From an uncultured delta proteobacterium (GTDB taxonomy: Bacteria > Desulfobacterota > Binatia > UBA9968), in contig CAWJBB010000041.1 of NCBI GenBank assembly GCA_963840855.1, positions 128,001 to 192,000 of the forward strand: DNA of 64,000 bases. The letters are read 5' to 3'. How positions within the stretch are numbered: position 1 is the first letter of the stretch; every line of letters begins with the position of its first letter. Below, in pieces: positions 52,582-63,308 of the stretch. The notes beneath the pieces are model-generated. The model was given only the letters and a program-made list of their open reading frames with translations, ran no database searches and had not been told where the DNA came from. The position numbers and the translations under genes were made by a program.

Positions 52582-55468
52582 ATGAGCAATTCATCGAGTA
52601 GAGACTACTTTGAAATTGAAGCGGAGCTTAAGAAACGCGTCGAAGGGGACATTCTTTTCGACGGTTACTCGCGCTTGCTTTACTCCACGGATGCGTCGAT
52701 CTATCAGATCGAACCCATCGGCGTAGTCGTGCCGCGCCACAAGGGTGACGTGCAGGCGGTCATCGAGCTCGCCAATAAGTTGAATGTGTCCGTCTTGCCG
52801 CGGGGCGGCGGGACTTCGCTGGCGGGGCAAACGGTGGGCCACTCCATCGTTTTGGACTTCTCCAAGTACATGCAGAACGTACTCGAGGTTAACAAGGAAG
52901 AGCTCTGGTGCCGGGTCCAGCCGGGATTGGTGCAGGACGAACTGAACGCTTATGTCCGCGGCATGGGGCTGCAATTCGGCCCCGACACCTCGACTTCCAA
53001 TCGCGCCACCATCGGCGGCATGATCGGCAACAACTCCGCCGGAGCCCACTCACTGACTTACGGAAAAACCCTCGACCATGCCATCGAGCTGACGGTGCTT
53101 TTGTCGGACGGGAGCGAAGCGGTGCTAAAGGATCTCTCGCCAGCAAGCAGTGGAAAGCAGAGGCCGGGTGGACACCGTCGAGGGCAGGGCGTACCGCGAG
53201 GTATTGCGCTTAGCCGAGCAGCATAAGAACGAGATTCTGGCGCGCTATCCGAAAATCATGCGGCGGGTGTCGGGGTACAATCTCGATGAATTCATCAAGG
53301 CCCAGCCGTGCAATCTTTCGCGCATCGTCGTCGGCTCCGAGGGAACCTTGGCCACGGTGGTCGAGGCCAAGATGCGGTTGGTGCCCAAACCGAAGTGGAC
53401 GGCCATGGACGTTATTCACTTCAACGACGACATCGAAGCGCTCCAGTGCGCGCAAGTGATTTTGCAAACGGCCCCCTACGCCATGGAATCCACCGATAAG
53501 ATGATTCTCAATCTTGCGCGCGGCAACATCGTGCAGTCGAGAAGATTGAGTTTCGTGCAGGGGAATCCCGATTCTCTCCTGATGGTGGAGTACGCGGGGG
53601 AAAGCGAAGACGAAGTCAAAGAGCAGATCTACAAACTGGAGGAAATTCGCAAGCGAGAAAACATCGGCTACGCCGCGACCCTCGCTTTCAAGCCGGAGGA
53701 AGTGAAAGCCATCTGGGGCCTGCGCAAGGCCGGACTCGGCTTGCTTCTGGGCACCACCGGCGACAAGAAACCCATCGCTTTTGTCGAAGACGCCGCGGTC
53801 GCGCCGGCAAAGCTCCCTGAGTTCATCAAACGTTTCAAAAGCATTGTTAGCGGTCACGACGCCGTGGCCGGCTATTATGGCCACTGCTCCGTGGGCTGCA
53901 TGCACATTCGCCCGCTCATCAACCTCAAGGAAATGAGCGAAATGCATAAAATGGTTTCAATCGCAGAGCAGGTTTGTGACCTCGTCCTCGAGTTTAACGG
54001 CGCGATGTCGGGCGAGCATGGCGACGGCTTGGCGCGGAGCCATTTTAACAAGAAACTCTTCGGCCCGGCGCTGTACGACGCGTTTCGTCAGGTGAAACGC
54101 GCCTTCGATCCGAAAAATTTAATGAATCCCGGCAAGATCGTCGATGCGCCGGGCATGACGGAATCGCTCAAGATCAGCCCGCAATACAAAACTTGGCAGC
54201 CGCAAACAACGCTGGACTTCAGCGCGCAAGGTGGCTTCGTGCGCGCGGTCGAAATGTGCAGCGGCATGGGCGAATGCCGCAAGAAGCTCGACGGCACCAT
54301 GTGCCCGTCCTATATGGGCACCCTCGACGAAGAGCACTCGACGCGGGGACGCGCTAACGCCCTGCGCTCCGTGCTTTCGGGAAAAATTCCGAAAGAGGAA
54401 TTCACCGGCAAACGACTATATGAGGTCATGGATCTTTGTCTCGAATGCAAAGCGTGCAAAGCCGAGTGCCCGTCCAACGTCGATATGGCCAAGCTCAAAT
54501 ACGAATTTTTGGACCACTACCACCGAGCCAACGGCCTGCCGCTGCGCAATAAAATTTTTGGCGCCATTGAGGCGGTCAACCAGCTTGGCTCGATCCTCGC
54601 GCCTCTATCCAATTGGCTGGTGAATACGTCACTGAACCGCTGGCTGATGGAAGCTTTTACGGGCATCGACCGCCGCCGGCCATTGCCCGAGTTCGCCGGC
54701 GAAACTTTCGCGGACTGGTTCCGGAGTCATCAGCCCGAAGGTGATGGCTCAAATGGCGACGTCGTGTTGTTTCACGACACCTTCAACAATTTTAACACCC
54801 CAAACGTCGCCAGAGCCGCGACGCGTTTTCTGGAAAAATCCGGCTACCGAGTATTGTTGGTCGACAAAAAGTGCTGCGGTCGGCCGATGATTTCGAAAGG
54901 GATGCTCGGCCAGGCGAAAGAAAACGCCCACTGGAACGTAAACCGCCTTACGCCCTATGCTGAGAAGGGGACGCCAATCGTTGGCCTGGAGCCTTCATGC
55001 TTGTTGACGCTGCGCGACGAATATCCGGAGTTCCTCCGCACCAACATCGCCAAGAAAGTCGCCGAGAACAGCTTTCTCTTTGAAGAGTTCGTTATGCGCG
55101 AGCAGGGAGCCGGCCGCATAAAACTTGAGAGCAAAAGCCAGACCGGAAAGGTTTTACTGCATGGCCACTGCCATCAAAAGGCGCTTGTCGGTACAGCCCC
55201 GACGGTCAGCATGTTAAAAGCCGCCGGCTTTGACGTAAGTGAAGTTGACTCCGGCTGCTGCGGTATGGCTGGCTCCTTCGGCTTTGAGAAAGAACATTAC
55301 GATCTATCGGTAACCATCGGCAATCGCCGCCTCGCGCCGGCGGTCAAAGCCGCAGCTCCCGAGGTTGAGATCGTCGCGCCCGGTATTTCTTGCCGCCAGC
55401 AGATTGACCATCTAGCAGGAAGGAAGGCGAAGCACCCGGCCGAGTTATTGTGCGACAGCGTCAAATAA
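52582..55468 (+). CDS. FAD-linked oxidase fused to Fe-S/CCG domains (GlcD/GlcF-like; frameshift ~53145)
   Basis: YSTDAS, RGGGTSLAGQ, GSEGTL, SGEHGDG, CLECKACKAECP and CCG motifs. Confidence 0.9.
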
Positions 55469-55706
55469 CTCCGCGCTCCCAGCGCGCATCGGTCGTGGGC
55501 GTAGGCGAAATAACGACATTGTGTCAATTGAGGCGCACTGCGTGGCAGTGGGTGACCGAGGATCCCGCCGCCGAATTCGGTGAGATTCCCTCAGAACCAA
55601 TCCGTAACGAATTGAACTCCACGGGTTTGCCGCGGCGTCGGGGATTGTTAGGGTCTGGAGCGACGGCCCCGGTTGGCGCGGTGACGATTCATGTTAGAAT
55701 GCGCCT

Positions 55707-56216
55707 GTGGCGGCGGATGCAAACCAGATCAAGTCCTTGGTACAGAGTTGGGCTGCGGGACACCCTCACGCGGTGCTCTACGACGAAGACAGTGCCGCGT
55801 TGATGGATGTCGCATCCGGCAAAACGACCATAGTGCCGTGGCGAGATCTTACGGCCTTTGAGGAAAAGATCCACCCGGAGACCAACGAGGCTTACCTGGT
55901 GCTGCTCTTTGAGAATGGTTCGCAAATCGCCCTCGTCGATCCCGGCGGTGTCGCCTTCGCACCGTCGACGGTGAATTCGGGGCCGGTGCCGGGACTTCCA
56001 CCGGTGGTTTGCCTCAAAGATTTCTTCACGCTGAAGGGCCGCGTCGATCATTATCTCTATGACCATCCCGACGAGCCGCCGCCCCGAGAGTGCCTGGACA
56101 TGATGATGGTCTGCATCGCGACCCTCGACGGTGCCCGTGCCGTGGGTTTCGATATCGGTGATCTGGAAGGACAGCTGGAAAAATCGCTCAACGAAATTGA
56201 CAGGAGAAGCGGGTAG
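55707..56216 (+). CDS. hypothetical protein
   Basis: 169-aa ORF with core-like codon usage, upstream of thrC. Confidence 0.65.
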   Translation: MAADANQIKSLVQSWAAGHPHAVLYDEDSAALMDVASGKTTIVPWRDLTAFEEKIHPETNEAYLVLLFENGSQIALVDPGGVAFAPSTVNSGPVPGLPPVVCLKDFFTLKGRVDHYLYDHPDEPPPRECLDMMMVCIATLDGARAVGFDIGDLEGQLEKSLNEIDRRSG

Positions 56217-56279
56217 GAACGAAATCGAGCGGAGTATTGGAGCGTTGAAAAACGTGGGTCTCAAGCGGTCTGGGGCGGA

Positions 56280-57527
56280 TTGAGGGGCTCGGTGGGAGCC
56301 ATTGCCGGATTGGGCTGTCCGAAATGCGGCGAGCAATTTTCGTCGAGGACGGAGTTTCGCTGTGCCGACTGCAATTGCGTCCTCGAAGTAAACGTGGACA
56401 TCGGTCATTTGCACCTCGCCGATTTTGACATCATGCGCAAAAGCCGGGACCGGTCGATCTGGCGCTGGCTCGAGTTCTTTCCGGTCCGGCATCGTTCGTC
56501 GATCGTTACCTTGGGGGAAGGCGACACGCCATTGATCCATGCACGCCAATTAGGCGAGCTGCTGGATATTCCGCGCTTGTACTTGAAGAACGACTCGCTT
56601 CTGCCCACCGGATCGCTCAAGGACCGCAGCAACAGTGTCGGAATCTCGGTGGCGAAGGAGCTTGGTTTCAGCACCGCCGCGGTGCTGTCCACGGGTAACG
56701 CCGCGGCCTCGGTGGCGGCATACGCTGGCGCGGCTGGCATGAAAAGCGTGGTGATGGTACCGGCCGGCACCGCGCCTTCTAAAATCATTCAAGCGCGTGC
56801 CTGCGGCGCGACCGTAATCGTTCTCCAGGGCAGTTTCGATGACGAAGTCGCTCTGCTCTATCGGAACGCCATCGAGGAATTTGGTTGGTATGATTGTCTG
56901 TCATCCAATCCCTACCGCGTCGGCAAAAAATCCTACGCCTACGAAATCGTCGATCAACTCGACGGGGAAGTGCCGGATTGGGTCATCCATCCCACCGCGG
57001 GCGGGGCCGGTATTCACTTCATGTGGCAGGGCTTCGGGGAATTCGTTTCGCTGGGTTGGACCGATCGGCTGCCGAAACTGGTTGCCGCGCAGAGCGCAAT
57101 GGCCGCGCCCATCGCTCTGGCGTTTGACAAAGGTCTCGTCGAGATAGAGCCGGTGACAGCGCGACAGACGGTTGCGGAAAGCATCCAGGTCGGCAATCCA
57201 TCGGCGCTCGGTTGGCGCGCCCTCGCCGCGGTGCGCGCGTCGAAGGGTATGGCGGTGGCTTTAAACGACGAAGAGATCCTCGAAGCTCAATCATTGCAGG
57301 CCAGGCTAGCCGGAATTTTTGCCGAACCCGCCGCCAGCGCTTCCTTGGCCGGCGCCAAAAAACTGCGCGCTGCCGGCGCGATTGACCGAGAAGACCTCGT
57401 CGTGTGCAATGTCACCGGTCATGGCCTCAAACAGCCGGAAGCGTTGTGCATACCCGAGGACGAACTCCGGCCGATATCACCCAATCTCGGAGCGCTGCGG
57501 GAAGAGCTTCGGAGAAACGAGCGCTAG
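56280..57527 (+). CDS. thrC: threonine synthase (PLP fold II, N-terminal zinc ribbon)
   Basis: CPKC...C.C, LGEGDTPL, PTGSLKDR, STGNAAAS and TGHGLK motifs. Confidence 0.85.
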   Translation: MRGSVGAIAGLGCPKCGEQFSSRTEFRCADCNCVLEVNVDIGHLHLADFDIMRKSRDRSIWRWLEFFPVRHRSSIVTLGEGDTPLIHARQLGELLDIPRLYLKNDSLLPTGSLKDRSNSVGISVAKELGFSTAAVLSTGNAAASVAAYAGAAGMKSVVMVPAGTAPSKIIQARACGATVIVLQGSFDDEVALLYRNAIEEFGWYDCLSSNPYRVGKKSYAYEIVDQLDGEVPDWVIHPTAGGAGIHFMWQGFGEFVSLGWTDRLPKLVAAQSAMAAPIALAFDKGLVEIEPVTARQTVAESIQVGNPSALGWRALAAVRASKGMAVALNDEEILEAQSLQARLAGIFAEPAASASLAGAKKLRAAGAIDREDLVVCNVTGHGLKQPEALCIPEDELRPISPNLGALREELRRNER

Positions 57528-57714
57528 GGCAAAACGGATGGTTGTGCCGCGGGACGTGATGAGCATCCGTCCCTGTGGGTCGATACCCGGCGTTACGAAG
57601 GTCATCTACGGCCAACCATCTTTTTGCCGCACCGCGATACAAGCGCGATGATTTTCCTGCATGAATTTCTGGACATCTGAGATTTCCATCCCATCCTCCT
57701 ATTGCGACTAAAGA

Positions 57715-57954
57715 CTATCCGTGACCGTTAGCGCCCCAAAGTTTGCCATCGATCCAGAGCTTGGCAAGTTCAAGACCGTATGAATCCGCCTGTGCTTGAG
57801 TATCGAACGTCATTCTGCGCCGGCCGAAGATCGGAATGCGTTTTTCCTTGTCGTTCTCTGTGAACACGATAGTCACTCGCGCCGTCCACTCGCCAGAGCG
57901 CTTCGCTTCCGACTCCAGTTCGACCCGGTGACCACGATAACTCTTTGTCCGCAT
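57715..57954 (-). CDS. small hypothetical protein
   Basis: 79 aa, YRGH...AKLWID pattern. Confidence 0.55.
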   Translation of the reverse strand: MRTKSYRGHRVELESEAKRSGEWTARVTIVFTENDKEKRIPIFGRRRMTFDTQAQADSYGLELAKLWIDGKLWGANGHG

Positions 57955-58015
57955 ATGGAGTGTTGGAGTAGAGAGGTATGTGCTTAGGGCTGGGTGAGCC
58001 GGTTTTGACAGCGCG

Positions 58016-58846
58016 TTAAATGCTGACTTTTCCGCCGTTCAATTTGATGCCCAGCTTTGCCAGCGCTTCGACCACGGGAATTTCCGCGCCCAGGATCTTG
58101 CCAACTTCCGCGGCTAGCGGTAGATCTTTGTCGTAAAGATTGGTGCCCGTGTTGAATTTCATTTCCCCGCTGGAAAGATCGTATCTCGTTTCCCAACGCT
58201 CCAGAATATTCGGCGACTTGGTTTTCTGCATCAGGTCGAGGGCTGCTTTGTAATCGATGCCTCCCGCTTTGGCGATCTGCAGCGCTTCGTAGACGATGAG
58301 CGCCTCGGATGCGGTGACCATGTTTTTGAACAGCTTGGTCACGTTGCCTGAGCCCAGCGGCCCCATATAGACGGCATCCTTGGCCATGTTCATTAGATGC
58401 GGTTTGGCGCGGTCGAAAAATACTTTTTGTCCGCCGACGAGGAATGTCAAGCCGCCCTGGCGCACCATGCTGGGCACCGCTGTCATGCAAGCGTCGATGA
58501 CGTTGACCCTCTTGTCGGCGCCAGCTTCGGCCACTTTCTTCGTGGTGGCGGGGCGGATTGTGCTGTGGAGCAACACCAGCGCTCCCGGCGCCGCGCCTTC
58601 GAGAACGCCGTCCCGGCCCAAAGTGCAGTCGAGAACTTCCTGGTCTGTGCGCACGACCACGTCGATAAGGGTCGATGCTTGCGCCACCGCTTTCGCCGAC
58701 GCGGCGATCTCGGCCCCTTCGGCGCGCGCCGCCGCCAGGCCGGACGGCGCGATATCGAACGCCAGTGCCTTGATATTGGCCAGTTTCAGGCGGGATAACA
58801 GCGCACTACCCATCGCTCCGGTTCCAACAAAACCGATATTCTCCAT
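58016..58846 (-). CDS. NAD(P)-dependent beta-hydroxyacid dehydrogenase (3-hydroxyisobutyrate dehydrogenase family)
   Basis: IGFVGTGAMG, HSTI, LTFLVGG, GSGNVTKLFKN and KDL motifs. Confidence 0.88.
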   Translation of the reverse strand: MENIGFVGTGAMGSALLSRLKLANIKALAFDIAPSGLAAARAEGAEIAASAKAVAQASTLIDVVVRTDQEVLDCTLGRDGVLEGAAPGALVLLHSTIRPATTKKVAEAGADKRVNVIDACMTAVPSMVRQGGLTFLVGGQKVFFDRAKPHLMNMAKDAVYMGPLGSGNVTKLFKNMVTASEALIVYEALQIAKAGGIDYKAALDLMQKTKSPNILERWETRYDLSSGEMKFNTGTNLYDKDLPLAAEVGKILGAEIPVVEALAKLGIKLNGGKVSI

Positions 58847-58929
58847 ACCATTCTCCTCTCTATGTTTTTGTACTACACTCGGGCACTGCAGTCGACGAGA
58901 CAGTTTTTCACGACGCAGGCACCACTCCT

Positions 58930-59051
58930 CTTTCGTATGTTCCCAACGTTCGCATCTTTCAAATCAGTTCCGGATCTTTGTAACTGCTTGAACGGTTTGC
59001 ACATCTTGAACGCCTTGAACCCCCGGCTCGCGGCCTTCTTTGTGGTTGAAT
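58930..59051 (+). repeat. GTTCAA/TTGAAC composite repeat, copy A
   Basis: Homologous over ~120 bp to 60161-60288. Confidence 0.75.
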
Positions 59052-59083
59052 CTTGTCTCCTCTCAGGTTGCGGCTGTGCCGCG

Positions 59084-60094
59084 CTATGTTGTTGCGGTCA
59101 ATTTTGCCATGACATGTTTGCTGAACAATTGCACCGAGCGCAGCGATTCGGCGAGAGAAAGATCGCCGAAGGCGAACTGTCCGACTAGATAATTGGCGCC
59201 GGACTCGGCGAGCTGCGCTTGCAGGAACTCGCGCACGGTTTCAGGATCGCCGGCAACGGCCTGGCGGATTTCCATCATCTTGTCGAAGTCGGCTGGCCGT
59301 GGGTGGGCGGGCCTGCCGCCGCGTAGAGAGAACAAGAAATAAAAACTACGATGCCAAACCGGATAGGCGCGCCGGGCGGCGGCAAGCGCTTGTCGACCAT
59401 CCTCGGCGATGACAATGAAGCGGCTTAGTCCCAGTTTTGGTAGCGGTGCATCGCCGCGCGTCGCCCGCCAGACCTCGCGGAATTTGTCATTGTATTTGCG
59501 CGTGTCAGCCGCGGAATCGAGGCTGACCATGTTCAGGCCTTGATGGGCCGCGCGCTCGCCGGCTTCGACGGAGTGCACGCCGTACCACATCGGTGGGTGC
59601 GGTTTCTGCAAAGGTTCCAACTCCATCGGAATATCTTTGAACGAAAAGAAGCTGCCCTCGAAGTTGAGTTTCTTTTGCGTCAGTCCTTGCAAGATCAGCT
59701 CGCGTGCCTCGGTGTAGACGGCCTGCGCCTTGGCCGGATCCTGGCCGTAAAACGAGACCTCCACCGGCGAGGAGCCGCGCCCGAAGCCGATTTCAAGCCG
59801 GCCGCCGCTCAGTTGATCGAGCATGCATATCTCTTCGATCAAACGAAGCGGGTGATGGAGCGGCAAGGCATAGACCATCGGGCCAAAGCGGAGCCGGCTC
59901 GTGCGCTGGGCTACCGCTGAGAGAAATACGCTCGGCGACGGCGCCATGCCGATGGGTGTGGAGTGGTGTTCGGCGAGGTGATAGGCATAAAATCCCGCGG
60001 CATCGTAGGCCTCGATGAGCTTGAGGCGCGCTTCATAGTACTCATGAAGCGGTAAATCGTTGCGGTCGAGATGATCGAATACGCCGAATTCCAT
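59084..60094 (-). CDS. LLM-class (luciferase-like) flavin-dependent oxidoreductase
   Basis: AEHH, LDQLSGGRLEIGFGRG and PLQKPHPP motifs. Confidence 0.92.
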   Translation of the reverse strand: MEFGVFDHLDRNDLPLHEYYEARLKLIEAYDAAGFYAYHLAEHHSTPIGMAPSPSVFLSAVAQRTSRLRFGPMVYALPLHHPLRLIEEICMLDQLSGGRLEIGFGRGSSPVEVSFYGQDPAKAQAVYTEARELILQGLTQKKLNFEGSFFSFKDIPMELEPLQKPHPPMWYGVHSVEAGERAAHQGLNMVSLDSAADTRKYNDKFREVWRATRGDAPLPKLGLSRFIVIAEDGRQALAAARRAYPVWHRSFYFLFSLRGGRPAHPRPADFDKMMEIRQAVAGDPETVREFLQAQLAESGANYLVGQFAFGDLSLAESLRSVQLFSKHVMAKLTATT

Positions 60095-60160
60095 AGAGCA
60101 AATGGCTAGCCCTGCTTTGCTGATAGACGAAACAGATTCTCGCCACGACCGCACCGCTCA

Positions 60161-60288
60161 CTTTCGTATGTTCAAACGTTCCAAACGTTCAAGTCGTTTC
60201 AAATAGATTCTGGATATCCGTAACGGTGAACGTTCTGAACATCTTGAACGCATTGAACCCGCGGCACGCGGCCTTCTTTGTGTTTGAT
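60161..60288 (+). repeat. GTTCAA/TTGAAC composite repeat, copy B
   Basis: ctttcgtatgttc...catcttgaacgc.ttgaaccc...cgcggccttctttgtg shared with copy A. Confidence 0.75.
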
Positions 60289-60389
60289 TTTCTTTGCGCG
60301 TTAGCTTTTCGCGAAGCGTATATGAGACCGGCTTAGTTTTACAAGCACTGTTCTTGGCAAAGCGGAAAGTTAGGCGTTGAAAACCAAGC

Positions 60390-60432
60390 GGCGATGCCAG
60401 GATTGAACTGAATTCTCCAACGACTTAATCCT
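60390..60432 (+). repeat. 43-bp direct repeat copy 1
   Basis: GGCGATGCCAGGATTGAACTGAATTCTCC identical at 62919-62947. Both copies end in AATCCT. Confidence 0.85.
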
Positions 60433-60442
60433 AGAGGTGCAT

Positions 60443-61367
60443 ATGAATTCCAATCTATCGAAATCCGCTGTCGCTACCGGCTTGTCCCTTGTGGCCACCT
60501 CTACGGCATATGCAGCCGACAGTGCAAAGATGGAGGGTGGTAGATGGCGTCAAGTTCGAACACAAGTATGCCGCTGTCAATGATATTCAACTGCACTATC
60601 TCATTGCTGGAGATGGCCGCAAACCGGTGTTGTTGATACACGGATTTCCAGGAGACTGGGGGAACTGGAAGCTCTTGATGGGGAAGCTGGTCAACCAAGG
60701 CTACGCGGCTGTCGTTCCGGATTTTCGTGGGGTAGGCGAGTCCTCCGTCCCGGCCTCCGGTTACGATAAAAAAACAATCGCACAAGACCTGCGTGCGCTC
60801 ATGAATGGACTGGGGTTCTCGGCACCTATAATATTGCCCACCTGTATGCGGCCCAGTTCCGAGGCGAGGTAAAGGAGCTTGTGCTCATGGATTCCTTTCT
60901 GCCGGGGATTCCGGGTTGGGAGCAGGGATACGATGGACGTCCCGGGAAATGGCATTTCCGCTTCTTCGGCGAAACCCATTGCAGTTGGTAAAGGGGCGTG
61001 AGCGCATATATCTGGATATGTTCTGGAATGATTTTGTCGTCCCTGGCAATCCCTCGGTCCCTGAAATCGACAGGGTGGCATTGACCGAAGGCTACGCAAG
61101 GCCGGACCGTATGAAATCCGCATTTGCGCTTTATTTAACCTGGACTACCAACGATGCTCCTGACAATCAGGCTTTCCTAAAGAGAAGCTTGAAGTCCCGG
61201 TCTTGTCGATAGGCGGTGATCATTCGCGTGGCAAGACCTTGGCCGAGCAAATGCCGCAGATTGTGGTAGATCCCCAGTCCTTGATCGTAAAAAACAGCGC
61301 GCATTTTGTACTTGAGGAGAAGACCGAGGAAACGAGCGCTGCGATTTTCAGGTTTTTACAGGATTAA
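60443..61367 (+). pseudogene. alpha/beta hydrolase (epoxide hydrolase-like), multiply disrupted
   Basis: LIHGFP, PDFRGVGES, GYDKKT and WHFRF motifs lie in different frames. The GHD nucleophile segment appears deleted near 60818. Confidence 0.8.
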
Positions 61368-61563
61368 CTGCAAAGCGTTGATGGCCTTCCGGCGCGTCGC
61401 ATATTACGTTGACAGAGAATTACTTTGCTACCACACAAGAAAAAAATCGAGTTGACAAGGCGAGTCCAGCCGTAATAACGTGCGCGACACTATCTGGGTT
61501 TTTGCTTCAACTCTAGATAAACGCACGACGGTATTTCATCAATCTCGTTAATGAGAGGGAACC

Positions 61564-62803
61564 ATGAAGCGATTTGTATTTAGTATTCTTCTGGTAGGGT
61601 CGTTGTTCACGTTGTTTACCGGCTTGGTAAAAGCCGATGTGATTGCCGACTGGAACGAAAGAGCGGTCGTCGCGGGCGAAAAGGCGCGCGTCGGAAATTT
61701 TCCGACAGCTAGGGCTATAGCGATGGTTCATTTGGCGATGTTCGAGGCGGTCAATTCAATTGAACCCCGTTATATGCATTATCGAGCCCGGTTATCGGCG
61801 GAGCCCGCGGCGTCGCGCGACGCCCGCTGCGGCTAGCGCCGCCCATGCCGTATTGGTGCGCGTGTTTCCCGAACAAGCCGCGGAACTAGATAAGGCGCTT
61901 CAATCGTCACTTGCCACTGTGTCGGATGGTACATCCAAGACACAAGGCGTTGAGCTTGGCCAACAAGCGGGCGCGGCGATCGTCGCCGAACGCCGTGACG
62001 ATGGTTGGGACGCGCCAAACAGCTACCGGCCATACACGGTGGCCGGTAAATACGTTCCTACGGAGTTGCCCATTGGTTACACCGTGGCGAGCGTAAAGCC
62101 ATTTTCACTCAAGACCGGCAATCATCTGCGGCCGCCAGCTCCTTATGCACTCAAAAGCGCGCAGTGGGCCAAAGATTTCATCGAAGTAAAAAAGCTGGGG
62201 GCCAAGACAGGTTCGGCGCGCACGGCGGAACAGACAGATATAGCCCGCTTCTGGGCATTGACAGGACCGGCGACGTACAACCCGGTGGTACGCCAGCTTG
62301 CAGCGGCTAAGGGGCTCGATGTTTTGGACAACGCCCGGTTATTCGCTCTGTTCTCGATGGCAACGGCTGATGCGAGTATCGAAATCTTCGATGCCAAGTA
62401 CGCCTACAACTTCTGGCGTCCAGTGACCGCGATCCGCAACGCAGACTTGGATGGTAATAACGCCACCGAGCGCGATCCGACGTGGGAGCCGTTTATTGCA
62501 ACGCCCATGCACCCTGAATATCCCTGCGCCCACTGTATCGCTCAGGGTAGTGCTGCCAGCGTGCTCGATGCGTTTTTCGGAGACGCGGTGCCGACTTTCA
62601 CAATGACCAGCACGACTGCGCCCGGAGTGACACGCAAATTCTCCAAGCTGTCCGATTACGTTACGGAAGTCGTCAATGCTCGCGTTTACGACGGCGTGCA
62701 CTACCGCACCTCCGGTGAGGTTGGTGCCACCATGGGCCGCAAAAACGGGCAATACGCCGTGCAGAATTACCTAAAGCCCATTGCTCAAGCGGGTGCCCGA
62801 TGA
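61564..62803 (+). CDS. exported vanadium-dependent haloperoxidase/PAP2-family protein (frameshift ~61824)
   Basis: Signal peptide, DVIADWN, K..YNFWRP, HPEYPCAH and ARVYDGVHYR motifs. Confidence 0.88.
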
Positions 62804-62918
62804 TGTGATAGGTTGAAGAAAGCATGACCATCGGTCGCACGCACATGAAGAAAGTTGCGGTGCAAGCAATTTTGCTTGCAGTAGTACTCCTTATTGCAGT
62901 CATCGCCGAGGCGCACGT

Positions 62919-62961
62919 GGCGATGCCAGGATTGAACTGAATTCTCCGTCTACTAAATCCT
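62919..62961 (+). repeat. 43-bp direct repeat copy 2
   Basis: Matches 60390-60432. Confidence 0.85.
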
Positions 62962-63308
62962 GTGAGATTTGTCCGTTGCGTCGTTCAGTTCAATCCTACG
63001 GCAAAATCTCTCGATTTTCAGAGCTATGCGAGGGTGTTTCGCTCGTCATGAGTAGCGAATATTTTAGATTGGCAATTTGCGTTTTCTCCATCGCACAAAA
63101 TCCCGTGAGATTCACCGGTCAGACAACCGTCGCTGCTTCACCCAAGGCTTTAGTCCAAAGGGTTAATTGCATCGTTGACGCCACCAACCATCTGAAGTAA
63201 AAAATCAGTTCAGCCGCCGGGGGAGCCTGTTGCGACGGCATAACCCAATCCTGTCATAATTATAGGTTCTCCCCCGACCAACAACTTTGCTTCGGTCTTT
63301 TTGGATTT

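Noticed and set aside
55689-56549. 286-aa minus-strand ORF and similar long antisense ORFs in core genes
   Set aside because: They overlap better-supported genes on the opposite strand, as expected in GC-rich DNA.
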